From an uncultured bacterium (GTDB lineage Bacteria > SAR324 > NAC60-12): a stretch of DNA of 64,000 nucleotides. The stretch spans positions 678-64,677 of the forward strand of contig CAXGMD010000007.1 in assembly GCA_964010765.1 (NCBI GenBank), given 5' to 3'. Below, piece by piece: positions 49,741 to 58,231 of this stretch. The position numbers and the translations under genes are program-made. Numbering within the stretch: position 1 is the stretch's first letter; each line of letters opens with the position of its first letter. Below the pieces are notes generated by a model. That model saw only the letters and a list, made by a program, of their open reading frames with translations. It was not told the DNA's origin and made no database searches.

Positions 49741-50814
49741 TTAACGCATGATATGGGTGGGTAATTTTGACCATTCAATTGTTGGTTCTGGGTCATCTGG
49801 AATAATGGAGAGCTTGGTGTCTTCTGAATCAAGAACTTTAGATTTGACCATAGCCATCCCCAGATAAGTTCCATCATGGCTGGAGGCTGAGATCGTGGTA
49901 ATCTCTCCAACTAACTCACTTCCAGAAAACAAGGTAGATACATCTAAAGAGGCTACTGAGGCTGGAATGGATAGACTGACTAATTGCTTCTGGGGGTGCC
50001 CGCGAAAAAAGAGCCGTGCATTGGGCTCTTGGCCGATATAGCAACCTTTATTGAATGAGATATAGTCTTTGAGGGCGGCTTCCTGAGCAAAGTTGTCATT
50101 GGTATAATCTCTACCAAATACTGGAATTCGCTCGATGAGATCCATTTCGCTCCATGCGTCCCAACCGACCCAACCGCAATCCTCTTGATCCAAAAGATTA
50201 TTTGCTACATTTTCAACATCTTTTCCTGGAATCAATAGGCTGTAGTGTTCAACCCCAAGATGTTGATGCTTTGTGCAAAGAATTTTTTTATCCATCAAAG
50301 AAGTATCAGAAGTGGTGCTAGACCCGTTCAAATTAAGTATTTCTAGAACGTTGAGAGATCTCGGTCCTCGCAAATCCAGGCGCAAAAAAGAAGGTGTTAG
50401 GAGCTGGAATTCAAAATTTTCGCGAATGTGAAACTTGTCCAATAGATTGGCTACTTGAAAACCTTCTCCAGGATAGCTACTTAGGACCCATCGATGTTGT
50501 GAAGTCCTCCATATCTCTAAAACATGTTGAATCTTCCCCTTGCTTTGGCAAATTAGGGCAGGTTGAATTTGATTGATATCAATTCTATCTAAATCTGCTG
50601 AGACCATTCCCTGCAGAAAATTTTTAGCATCCACCCCATTCAATTCCAGTAGAAGCCAGGCTTTTCGATCAAAAATCCCTGAACTTTTCTGCAAATATCT
50701 TAGTTCTTGTCCGATTCCAATTGAATACTTCTCAACAACGGCAAGACGGTCGAAAAAGCTAAGATTGGCGCCTGCTTTTTGATGAAGTTCATCAAGAACC
50801 TCGACTGGATTCAT
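49741..50814 (-). CDS. ygfZ: Folate-binding Fe-S repair / tRNA-modification protein YgfZ (GcvT family)
   Basis: G.DAKNFLQGMVS, ISFNKGCYIGQE signature; start moved to ATG 50814. Confidence 0.85.
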   Translation of the reverse strand: MNPVEVLDELHQKAGANLSFFDRLAVVEKYSIGIGQELRYLQKSSGIFDRKAWLLLELNGVDAKNFLQGMVSADLDRIDINQIQPALICQSKGKIQHVLEIWRTSQHRWVLSSYPGEGFQVANLLDKFHIRENFEFQLLTPSFLRLDLRGPRSLNVLEILNLNGSSTTSDTSLMDKKILCTKHQHLGVEHYSLLIPGKDVENVANNLLDQEDCGWVGWDAWSEMDLIERIPVFGRDYTNDNFAQEAALKDYISFNKGCYIGQEPNARLFFRGHPQKQLVSLSIPASVASLDVSTLFSGSELVGEITTISASSHDGTYLGMAMVKSKVLDSEDTKLSIIPDDPEPTIEWSKLPTHIMR

Positions 50815-50903
50815 AGAAAGGATCCTTTTAAAGTTTTTTTTGATGAGTGTTTTCAATTTAAATGATGATCACCCAATTGGGTAGTATTTTTGGAGATTTT
50901 CAG

Positions 50904-51803
50904 GTGGCTTCCATTATTTCAGGAAAAGAGTTAAGTCAACAAATCCTCTCAGAATTGAAATCAGAAATCTTTACAATTAAGAAAGAGCTTAACATCAGTC
51001 CATGTTTGGCGGTGATTCTTGTTGGAGATGATCCAGCCTCTGGGGTATATGTTGCTAATAAGCGTCGAAGGTGTGAGGAGATTGGGATTATTTCGAAGGC
51101 ACATGATCTGCCTGCTTCAACAACTATGAAGGAATTACTGAAGGTCATCCATGAATTGAACAACTCAACAGACGTGCATGGCATTCTTTGCCAGTTTCCG
51201 TTGCCAAGTGGAATGAATGAACAGCAAGCAGTTTTGGCCATTGACCCTGCAAAGGATGTTGACGGGTTACACCCTCTGAATGTTGGATTGCTCACTACTG
51301 GCCAACCAAAATTTATTTCATGTACACCCTTAGGAGTATTGGAAATTTTGAAAAGGTATGAAATCCAAACAGCTGGAAAACAGGTTGTCGTGCTAGGACG
51401 GAGTAATCTCGTTGGGCGACCTTTGGCAACATTGCTTTCTCAAAAAGGGTGGGATGCCACAGTTACAATTTGTCATTCCAGAACTAGAAATCTGGAAAGT
51501 CATGTTCAACAAGCTGACATTGTCATAGCAGCTATTGGTAAAACAAATTTTGTTACCGGGGAAATGCTAAAGAAGAATGCTGTAGTGATTGACGTCGGAA
51601 TCAACAGACTCCCATCATCGGATCCCAACAAAAAAGGTAAGCTATGTGGAGATGTTGATTTTGAAGCTGCTTTCGACAAAGCTAGATTAGTAACCCCCGT
51701 TCCAGGTGGTGTAGGGCCTATGACGATTGCAATGTTGATGAGAAACACAGTATTGGCTGCTAGATTGCAAAACTCCAATCAACCAACTGAACAAAGATTT
51801 TAA
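50904..51803 (+). CDS. folD: Methylenetetrahydrofolate dehydrogenase/cyclohydrolase
   Basis: LAVILVGDDPAS..YV..K, KDVDGLHP, CTPLGV, GRSNLVGRP, VIDVGIN, TPVPGGVGPMTIAML; GTG start after GGAG. Confidence 0.96.
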   Translation: MASIISGKELSQQILSELKSEIFTIKKELNISPCLAVILVGDDPASGVYVANKRRRCEEIGIISKAHDLPASTTMKELLKVIHELNNSTDVHGILCQFPLPSGMNEQQAVLAIDPAKDVDGLHPLNVGLLTTGQPKFISCTPLGVLEILKRYEIQTAGKQVVVLGRSNLVGRPLATLLSQKGWDATVTICHSRTRNLESHVQQADIVIAAIGKTNFVTGEMLKKNAVVIDVGINRLPSSDPNKKGKLCGDVDFEAAFDKARLVTPVPGGVGPMTIAMLMRNTVLAARLQNSNQPTEQRF

Positions 51804-51863
51804 GAAAAAATTTTCTATAGAGTCTCTTAAATTCGCAGATTTCTTGATGATTTTAAAAAATCC

Positions 51864-51913
51864 TTGACATAGTTTTTTTGGCAGGTAGCTTAATTCTAAA
51901 TTTTACCTGCCAA
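51864..51913 (+). promoter_or_regulatory. rho promoter overlapped by a 10-bp inverted repeat
   Basis: TTGACA (51864-51869), 16-nt spacer, TAGCTT (51886-51891); TTGGCAGGTA (51878-51887) ... TACCTGCCAA (51904-51913). Confidence 0.55.
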
Positions 51914-52130
51914 CTCTATACCGAATCTGTAGTCAAACTCCCTTTGCTTTCAGTAAGATAAATTCTAAAGTTTCTTCCAAAGTACTACCCTCGTACAAAA
52001 GACCCGTTTAATTTCTTTAAGATAATTCAACACATTTCCTCGTTAAATTTACGGAAATTGGTCCGTATGATGTCTGAGGTGTCCAATAACCTGAATCAAC
52101 CAACCCTTGTCTTCCCCCTCCAGGAAAACT

Positions 52131-53423
52131 ATGCGTGAACACGAAAACAGATCCCGCCAAGACGCTCCAGAAACTTTGAATTTGATTGAACTTAAAAAAA
52201 AGGACATTAATTCCCTAATTAAAATTGCTAGGGAATACAATATTGAAAACGCAAACAGTATGCGTGTTCAGGATTTGATATTTGCCCTGTTGCAAGCTCA
52301 AACAAAGCAGAATGGAGTGATTTACGGTTCGGGTGTGCTGGAAACACTACCCGACGGATTTGGTTTCTTAAGAGCCCCTGACTATAACTACTTACCTGGT
52401 CCAGATGATATTTATGTTTCTCCTTCGCAAATCCGCAGATTTAACATGCGTACGGGGGATACGATCTCTGGGCACATTAGGCCCCCAAAAGAGAGCGAAC
52501 GCTATTATGCCTTGCTTAAGGTCGAAGAAGTTAATTTCCGTCCACCAGATCAAGCCTTTGAAAAAATCCTTTTCGATAACTTAACGCCCCTTTATCCAGA
52601 GGAACCGCTCTCTTTAGAGAGAGGAGATAAAGATCTCACAACCCGTGTGATTGATTTGGCAGCTCCTATTGGTAAAGGCCAACGTGGGCTGATTGTAGCT
52701 CCACCAAGGACTGGAAAAACCATGATCCTCCAGTCGATAGCGAATAGCATTACGACGAATCATCCAGAAGTTGATTTGATTGTATTGCTTATAGATGAGC
52801 GGCCGGAAGAAGTCACAGATATGCAACGCAGTGTTCGAGGAGAAGTGATTAGTTCAACCTTTGACGAGCCAGCCACCAGACACGTTCAAGTCTCTGAAAT
52901 GGTTTTGGAAAAAGCTAAAAGACTGGTTGAACACCAACGTGATGTTGTGATTCTTTTGGATTCCATCACCAGACTTGCAAGAGCCTACAACTCAGTGGTT
53001 CCACCAAGTGGGAAGATACTCTCAGGGGGTGTTGATTCAAACGCTTTGCACAAACCAAAGCGCTTTTTCGGTGCGGCTCGTAATGTTGAGGAAGGGGGAT
53101 CGCTGACGATCATTGCGACAGCACTGATTGAAACAGGCTCAAGAATGGATGAGGTGATTTTTGAAGAGTTCAAGGGAACAGGAAACATGGAATTAATGCT
53201 TGACCGCAAATTGGTTGAGAAGAGAATTTTCCCTGCCATTGACATCAATAAATCCGGTACTCGCAAAGAAGAGCTATTGATGGAAAAGAACGACTTAGAC
53301 CGTATCTGGGTACTGAGGAAAGTACTTGCGCAACTGAGTTCCATTGAATCAATGGAATTCATGGTAGAAAAACTATCGAAGTTCAAAAGTAATAAAGAAT
53401 TCTTGAATATGATGGACAAGTAA
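52131..53423 (+). CDS. rho: Transcription termination factor Rho
   Basis: [59 protein letters not shown]; ATG 52131 after AGGA. Confidence 0.98.
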   Translation: MREHENRSRQDAPETLNLIELKKKDINSLIKIAREYNIENANSMRVQDLIFALLQAQTKQNGVIYGSGVLETLPDGFGFLRAPDYNYLPGPDDIYVSPSQIRRFNMRTGDTISGHIRPPKESERYYALLKVEEVNFRPPDQAFEKILFDNLTPLYPEEPLSLERGDKDLTTRVIDLAAPIGKGQRGLIVAPPRTGKTMILQSIANSITTNHPEVDLIVLLIDERPEEVTDMQRSVRGEVISSTFDEPATRHVQVSEMVLEKAKRLVEHQRDVVILLDSITRLARAYNSVVPPSGKILSGGVDSNALHKPKRFFGAARNVEEGGSLTIIATALIETGSRMDEVIFEEFKGTGNMELMLDRKLVEKRIFPAIDINKSGTRKEELLMEKNDLDRIWVLRKVLAQLSSIESMEFMVEKLSKFKSNKEFLNMMDK

Positions 53424-53468
53424 ATTATTTTAAAAAGTTTGGTTTAACTTATTAAATTATGGTCTGTC

Positions 53469-53675
53469 ATGAAAGCTGAAATACACCCTAACTTCGAGCC
53501 AACCAAGTTTATTTGCACCTGTGGTAATGTTCTCGAAACTTTTTCTAACCTTGGTGGTGAGAAAAACGTAGATATCTGTTCAAGTTGCCATCCTTTCTTC
53601 AGCGGTAAGGAGCAACGGATGATTGATACCACAGGCCGTGTGGAGAAATTCCGTAGACGTTATCAACGCTCCTGA
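53469..53675 (+). CDS. rpmE: 50S ribosomal protein bL31 (zinc-binding type)
   Basis: MK.EIHP, CTCGN, CSSCHPFFSG, GRVEKF. Confidence 0.96.
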   Translation: MKAEIHPNFEPTKFICTCGNVLETFSNLGGEKNVDICSSCHPFFSGKEQRMIDTTGRVEKFRRRYQRS

Positions 53676-53681
53676 GCAAAT

Positions 53682-54764
53682 ATGCTCGATGAGAAGCTGT
53701 CATCACTGAAGCAACGGCATGAAGAGCTGACTCATTTGCTGAGTCAGCCTGAAATCCTCCAAGATTCCTCCAGATATCTCAAACTTACGCTTGAGCACTC
53801 CGATTTAGAAGAAATCGTATCTACCTATTCCAAATTAACCAACCTGCGGCTGCAAATTAGAGATAACGAGGCACTCGTTTCTGATCCAAGTGAAGAAAAG
53901 GAGTTGCAGGAACTGGCGCTTGAGGAGTTATCCCAGCAACAAGAAGAAGAAAAATTTCTTGAAGAAAGCTTACAAAGACTTCTCCTACCGAAAGACCCGA
54001 ATGATCAAAGAAATGTGATTCTTGAAATTCGGGCTGGGACTGGAGGAGATGAAGCTGCTTTGTTCGCACGTGATTTATTTCGCATGTATGGAAAATACGC
54101 AGAAAGCCTAGGGTGGCGGATCCAAGTGCTGAGCGGACATGAAAATGATCTTGGTGGCTTCAAGGAAATCACTGCTTCAGTTGAGGGATCTGAAGTTTTC
54201 GCAAATCTGAAATTTGAGGCAGGTGTTCATCGTGTACAAAGAGTACCGAGAACAGAAACTCAGGGACGAATTCATACTTCAGCGGCCACAGTGGCAATCA
54301 TGCCTGATGTTGAAGAACTAGAAGTAGAAATAAATCCGAGTGATTTGAGAATCGATGTTTTTCGTTCTTCAGGGCCGGGTGGGCAAAGTGTAAATACAAC
54401 TGATTCTGCCGTCAGAATCACTCACTTGCCGAGTGGAATGGTTGTCAGTTGCCAAAATGAAAAGTCCCAGCTGAAAAACAAAAACCAAGCTCTAAAAGTA
54501 TTACGAGCTCGACTATATGAGGCTGAACAAGAGGCTCGGCAACAAGAAAGTTCTGCTCAACGAAAAAGTATGGTTGGTTCGGGAGATCGTAGTGAGAGAA
54601 TACGAACTTATAATTTCCCTCAGAATCGCATCACCGACCACCGAATCAATCTTACCCTTTATAAATTAGAAGAGGTGATGCTAGGAAGACTAGAATTTTT
54701 GACTGAACCCCTGAGACAACAAAACCAGATAGAACAACTGAAAAATCAAGGTGTTGAAACCTGA
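53682..54764 (+). CDS. prfA: Peptide chain release factor 1
   Basis: [21 protein letters not shown] (PxT motif), [20 protein letters not shown]. Confidence 0.97.
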   Translation: MLDEKLSSLKQRHEELTHLLSQPEILQDSSRYLKLTLEHSDLEEIVSTYSKLTNLRLQIRDNEALVSDPSEEKELQELALEELSQQQEEEKFLEESLQRLLLPKDPNDQRNVILEIRAGTGGDEAALFARDLFRMYGKYAESLGWRIQVLSGHENDLGGFKEITASVEGSEVFANLKFEAGVHRVQRVPRTETQGRIHTSAATVAIMPDVEELEVEINPSDLRIDVFRSSGPGGQSVNTTDSAVRITHLPSGMVVSCQNEKSQLKNKNQALKVLRARLYEAEQEARQQESSAQRKSMVGSGDRSERIRTYNFPQNRITDHRINLTLYKLEEVMLGRLEFLTEPLRQQNQIEQLKNQGVET

Positions 54765-55498
54765 GATTTCTCAGTTCGGTCCCCGTTTCGGAAAAAGAAA
54801 GCCCATCCCCCCAACAAGAAAGACGGTAAGATCACAAGCGCAAAGAAATTGCCAATGTTGCGCCGGATTTCTTCACTCGTTTGAAGGCTGCTCACAGGTT
54901 GATAAAAACCAAGAAAGTAAGTAGCTAAGCAGAAAAGCCAACAAAAGATAAAAGTGATATAACCCGTCTTTTGGCGAATACCTGCCCAAATCAGTAAAAT
55001 GAAAGTCAGCCCTGGTAACCAGAAGAAAAGTAAGCCGCCAAAGATTCCAAAAAATATCCCATCAATCAGCCCAAGTATTATTGATATAATTAATTCAAGT
55101 TCTCTTACTAACTCCAAAGAATTTTGAATTTTTTCAAGGATGAGCGAGCAGACTAGCAGCGCGGGAAAAACGCTTAGGATCTGAAAAAGTTTTCCTAATG
55201 AGAGATTAGAAAAACTCTTGAACAGATAGCAGAATTTAGTTGTTGAGAAAGTTTGCTCAACAGGATTGACCGAAAATTCTTCTGGATTAGTCGATAAACT
55301 ATCAGATTGAGCTCTCTTTAAAGCCTCATTTTCTGCGGATTTAACATCAATAAAATCATATTTTTCTTTTGAAAGTGGGTAATTAGCAGAGGAATCAGGG
55401 TGATAAAGCTTAGCTTTTTTTCTGAAAGCGTCACGGATCCGATCGGGATTGCGGGTTGGATTGATTCCCAGAATTTCCCAGCAATCCCGACGGTTCAT
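54746..55498 (-). CDS. J-domain protein with C-terminal multi-pass membrane region
   Basis: WEILGI...[15 protein letters not shown] (intact HPD), followed by about 5 hydrophobic segments; ATG 55498 lies 1 nt after the upstream stop. Confidence 0.75.
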   Translation of the reverse strand: MNRRDCWEILGINPTRNPDRIRDAFRKKAKLYHPDSSANYPLSKEKYDFIDVKSAENEALKRAQSDSLSTNPEEFSVNPVEQTFSTTKFCYLFKSFSNLSLGKLFQILSVFPALLVCSLILEKIQNSLELVRELELIISIILGLIDGIFFGIFGGLLFFWLPGLTFILLIWAGIRQKTGYITFIFCWLFCLATYFLGFYQPVSSLQTSEEIRRNIGNFFALVILPSFLLGGWAFFFRNGDRTEKSQVSTP

Positions 55499-55499
55499 T

Positions 55500-55859
55500 T
55501 TATGGAAGGAGTTCTGTTTTCGTTCTATACCCGTAGCGAGCAAGAAAAGTTGAGAATGACATCAGATTCTTGAACCGGTTTTGATAAAGCAGGTGTAAAG
55601 CTGAACTGATAATTTCTGCTGGATATTGGCGAATAGAGTAACCCGAGGCTTCCGAACCGTTGATAGATCCAAGTTGTTCTTTAAAAGTTAAATTGGCATC
55701 AGCATCACTTGAAGCGAGGCTATGTCTTAATCCCCGTGCTAGTTCATCGTATTGTTGATCAGAGATTAAAGATTCATCTAGACGATAGTAAAGGTAAGAG
55801 TGAACCAAAAATTGTCGAATTAATCTGTTGATTGTCTCAGTTGCCATTAAAGAACTCAC
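55500..55859 (-). CDS. Stand-alone NAD+-dependent DNA ligase domain Ia-like protein
   Basis: HSYLYYRLDESLISDQQYDEL aligns with LigA [21 protein letters not shown]; no KxDG adenylation motif; GTGA overlap with the upstream gene (alternative ATG 55847). Confidence 0.75.
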   Translation of the reverse strand: MSSLMATETINRLIRQFLVHSYLYYRLDESLISDQQYDELARGLRHSLASSDADANLTFKEQLGSINGSEASGYSIRQYPAEIISSALHLLYQNRFKNLMSFSTFLARYGYRTKTELLP

Positions 55860-56698
55860 CCTGTTTGACTTATTGAGTTCATATGGTTGTAGCAGTGCTT
55901 GAGCCAGTGCGTGAAAAAGTCATTACGATGAGTCTTCCAGTTGTTCAAGGGCCAGTCGGGGTCAAATTTTTCAGGACCAACAAATTGATCTTGATGACAA
56001 GTGAATCGGAGCATCTGTGAAGAAGTGTACTCTGGATTTCCAAGATGCATGAGCCATTGACCGTTGTCAGTATCCCAGATCAGGGGCTCTCCTTGACTCC
56101 TACAAAGTATCCTAAATTTTCCCTCTGCAGCTTTTTCTTCAAGTAAATCATTCAGAGGTGCTAGTTTCCTGACTTGGGGACAACAGAATAGATCATCAGA
56201 TTCTCCTGAAACAGGATGATCACTCGCTTGGTTTGTTACCTCCCAAACTCCGATTTTAGAAACTTCCAAAGCTTGATAACCAACTCCGCAAAGTTCGGTC
56301 ATCCATAGTGCTCCGTAGCCCAAGCCCATGATGGGCAATGTTCCACGCAGTTCAATGATCTTTCGATCTAATTTTTGACGAAAGTCTTTACTTGGTTCCA
56401 ACAGTCCAGAACCTACAATCACAAGCCCATCTAAATTGTCTGCTCTTAGCAGATCATAAATTTCCTCATCCCTTGAATGAATAGCATCAATCATTACTGG
56501 TAAAGATTGGATGATAGACATACCCAAAGGGCGGTAAAGGTTGATCTGCTCGACCATAGACTGCTCTTCAGTAGTCAAAATACCAATTCGAATAGGTCGA
56601 ATATCCTGACTTAGAGCCTGTTCCTGCTTGATACAGGTTATGTGGTTTTCCTCTAAAGTCCTTCGGGCATGGTAGTTATCAGGAACAACAATGGTCAT
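55856..56698 (-). CDS. Homoserine O-acyltransferase (MetA/HTS)-like protein lacking the catalytic Cys and His
   Basis: QDIRPIRIGIL, LDGLVIVG, DDLFCCPQVR, MHLGNPEY, P.NNWKTH..FF..WL match the MetA scaffold; ICWG->LGYG and GHPEY->GNPEY; reading frame intact. Confidence 0.75.
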   Translation of the reverse strand: MTIVVPDNYHARRTLEENHITCIKQEQALSQDIRPIRIGILTTEEQSMVEQINLYRPLGMSIIQSLPVMIDAIHSRDEEIYDLLRADNLDGLVIVGSGLLEPSKDFRQKLDRKIIELRGTLPIMGLGYGALWMTELCGVGYQALEVSKIGVWEVTNQASDHPVSGESDDLFCCPQVRKLAPLNDLLEEKAAEGKFRILCRSQGEPLIWDTDNGQWLMHLGNPEYTSSQMLRFTCHQDQFVGPEKFDPDWPLNNWKTHRNDFFTHWLKHCYNHMNSISQTG

Positions 56699-58203
56699 TT
56701 CGACTTATTGAATGGGGTTTCGGTAAATATTTTCTCTACCCTCGACAAAACCTTGCCATCATTTAGTTTGAGTTGCAGTGTTTGTCCTTTCTTAACTTGT
56801 TGAACACTTTTGATAACTTTTTGTTGTTGATCCATCGTAACACTGAATCCTCGATTCAACAATGAAAGCGGACTTAACGCGTCTAACTCGCTTATCAGTT
56901 CATGCAGTTTCTGTTGTTTGGTAGTTTGAAATACTGAGATAGCTCTAGAAATTCTTTGATGTTTTTCATTGAGAAGATTTTGAGACTTCAAAACTTCATG
57001 CTTTGGATTCTTATTCAACAATCTCTGATTAAGTGAAGTGAGATTTTCTTGAAGTTGTCTTTGGCTCAAGTTCCCCCATTTCTCTAGACGATATACAAGA
57101 TCTTCAATTCTTTCTCGTTGGATTTGAAGCGCTCGCTCAGGGGAGTTCAGTCTTTTAGTTTTGTCTGAGAAATCCTTTTTTGACTGATTTAGTCGATGGG
57201 TTATTTGTTGAAATAGTCTCTCTGATAAATTTCTTGTGGTGTTCACAAGATCCTCTTTCGAAGGTACTGCTAGTTCCATAGCAACGGAGGGAGTTGCTGC
57301 TCGAACATCCGCAACGAAGTCCGTGATTGTAAAGTCAGTTTCGTGCCCAACTGCTGAAATGACAGGAAGTTTTGATTTAGCTACGGCTCGAGCTAATGTT
57401 TCATCGTTGAAAGCCCAAAGATCTTCCAAGGATCCACCTCCTCTGCCGATGATAAGTACTTCCAAGCCCATTTCAATCGCCCGTTCATTGAGCCATTCAA
57501 TCCCTGTGACAAGTGATGCAGGAGCACTGGGGCCCTGCACGATTGATGGGAATAATATTAATCTCATGCCAGGAAATCGCCTCTTGAGAACCTTCAGCAT
57601 GTCCTGGATAACAGCTCCAGTAGGAGACGTTACAATACCAATCGCTTTGGGTAAAAAGGGTAATTCTCTCTTCCGATCTGCTTCAAAGAGGCCTTCAGTC
57701 AACAGTTTTTTACGAAGTTGCTCGTAGGCCATTTGAAGCGCACCAGCTCCTTTTGGCTCCAAGCCAGTCACATTTATTTGATACTCGCCTCGCTGCTCAT
57801 AAACTTGTAAAGAGCCCCTTGCCCAAACAGCCATTCCTTCTTCAGGGGCAAAGCTCAGTCGCATTGCTGCTTGTTTGAACAAAATCCCCCGTAGCTGAGC
57901 ATGCTCATCTTTAATGATGAAATACCAGTGCCCTGAACCAGCTCGGTGCAGATTTGATAGCTCACCCTCTACTATCAACGAGCGAAAACTACCTTCCAGG
58001 ACAAGCCTTACACTTCTGGTTAATTCCGAAACTGTCCAGACTGGATTGGGTTCCTCAAATGTGAGTTGATTAGGCTCTTTTTGTAGCTTGTTCTGATCTG
58101 AAGCGGCTAAAGTTTTTGAGTTGGATTTCGGAACGAAATCACTTATGGAATCAACCTCAAAAGGAATTACGGGCATTGCTGGCAGGCGAAAATTGAGAGA
58201 CAT
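56695..58203 (-). CDS. xseA: Exodeoxyribonuclease VII large subunit
   Basis: TVSELT...VEGELSN...SGHWYF OB fold, IGIVTSPTGAVIQD, GRGGGSLEDLWAFNDE, SAVGHETDFT..DFVAD.RA.TPS, LSPL..L.RGF. Confidence 0.95.
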   Translation of the reverse strand: MSLNFRLPAMPVIPFEVDSISDFVPKSNSKTLAASDQNKLQKEPNQLTFEEPNPVWTVSELTRSVRLVLEGSFRSLIVEGELSNLHRAGSGHWYFIIKDEHAQLRGILFKQAAMRLSFAPEEGMAVWARGSLQVYEQRGEYQINVTGLEPKGAGALQMAYEQLRKKLLTEGLFEADRKRELPFLPKAIGIVTSPTGAVIQDMLKVLKRRFPGMRLILFPSIVQGPSAPASLVTGIEWLNERAIEMGLEVLIIGRGGGSLEDLWAFNDETLARAVAKSKLPVISAVGHETDFTITDFVADVRAATPSVAMELAVPSKEDLVNTTRNLSERLFQQITHRLNQSKKDFSDKTKRLNSPERALQIQRERIEDLVYRLEKWGNLSQRQLQENLTSLNQRLLNKNPKHEVLKSQNLLNEKHQRISRAISVFQTTKQQKLHELISELDALSPLSLLNRGFSVTMDQQQKVIKSVQQVKKGQTLQLKLNDGKVLSRVEKIFTETPFNKSK

Positions 58204-58231
58204 TCGTCAAAGCGACATCTCTCAAAATGGT

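Noticed and set aside
52985-53419. Long antisense or alternate-frame ORFs (also 421-858, 1818-2309, 49201-49578, 57236-57727 and other short ones in the track)
   Set aside because: They fully overlap well-conserved genes and look like codon-bias shadows.
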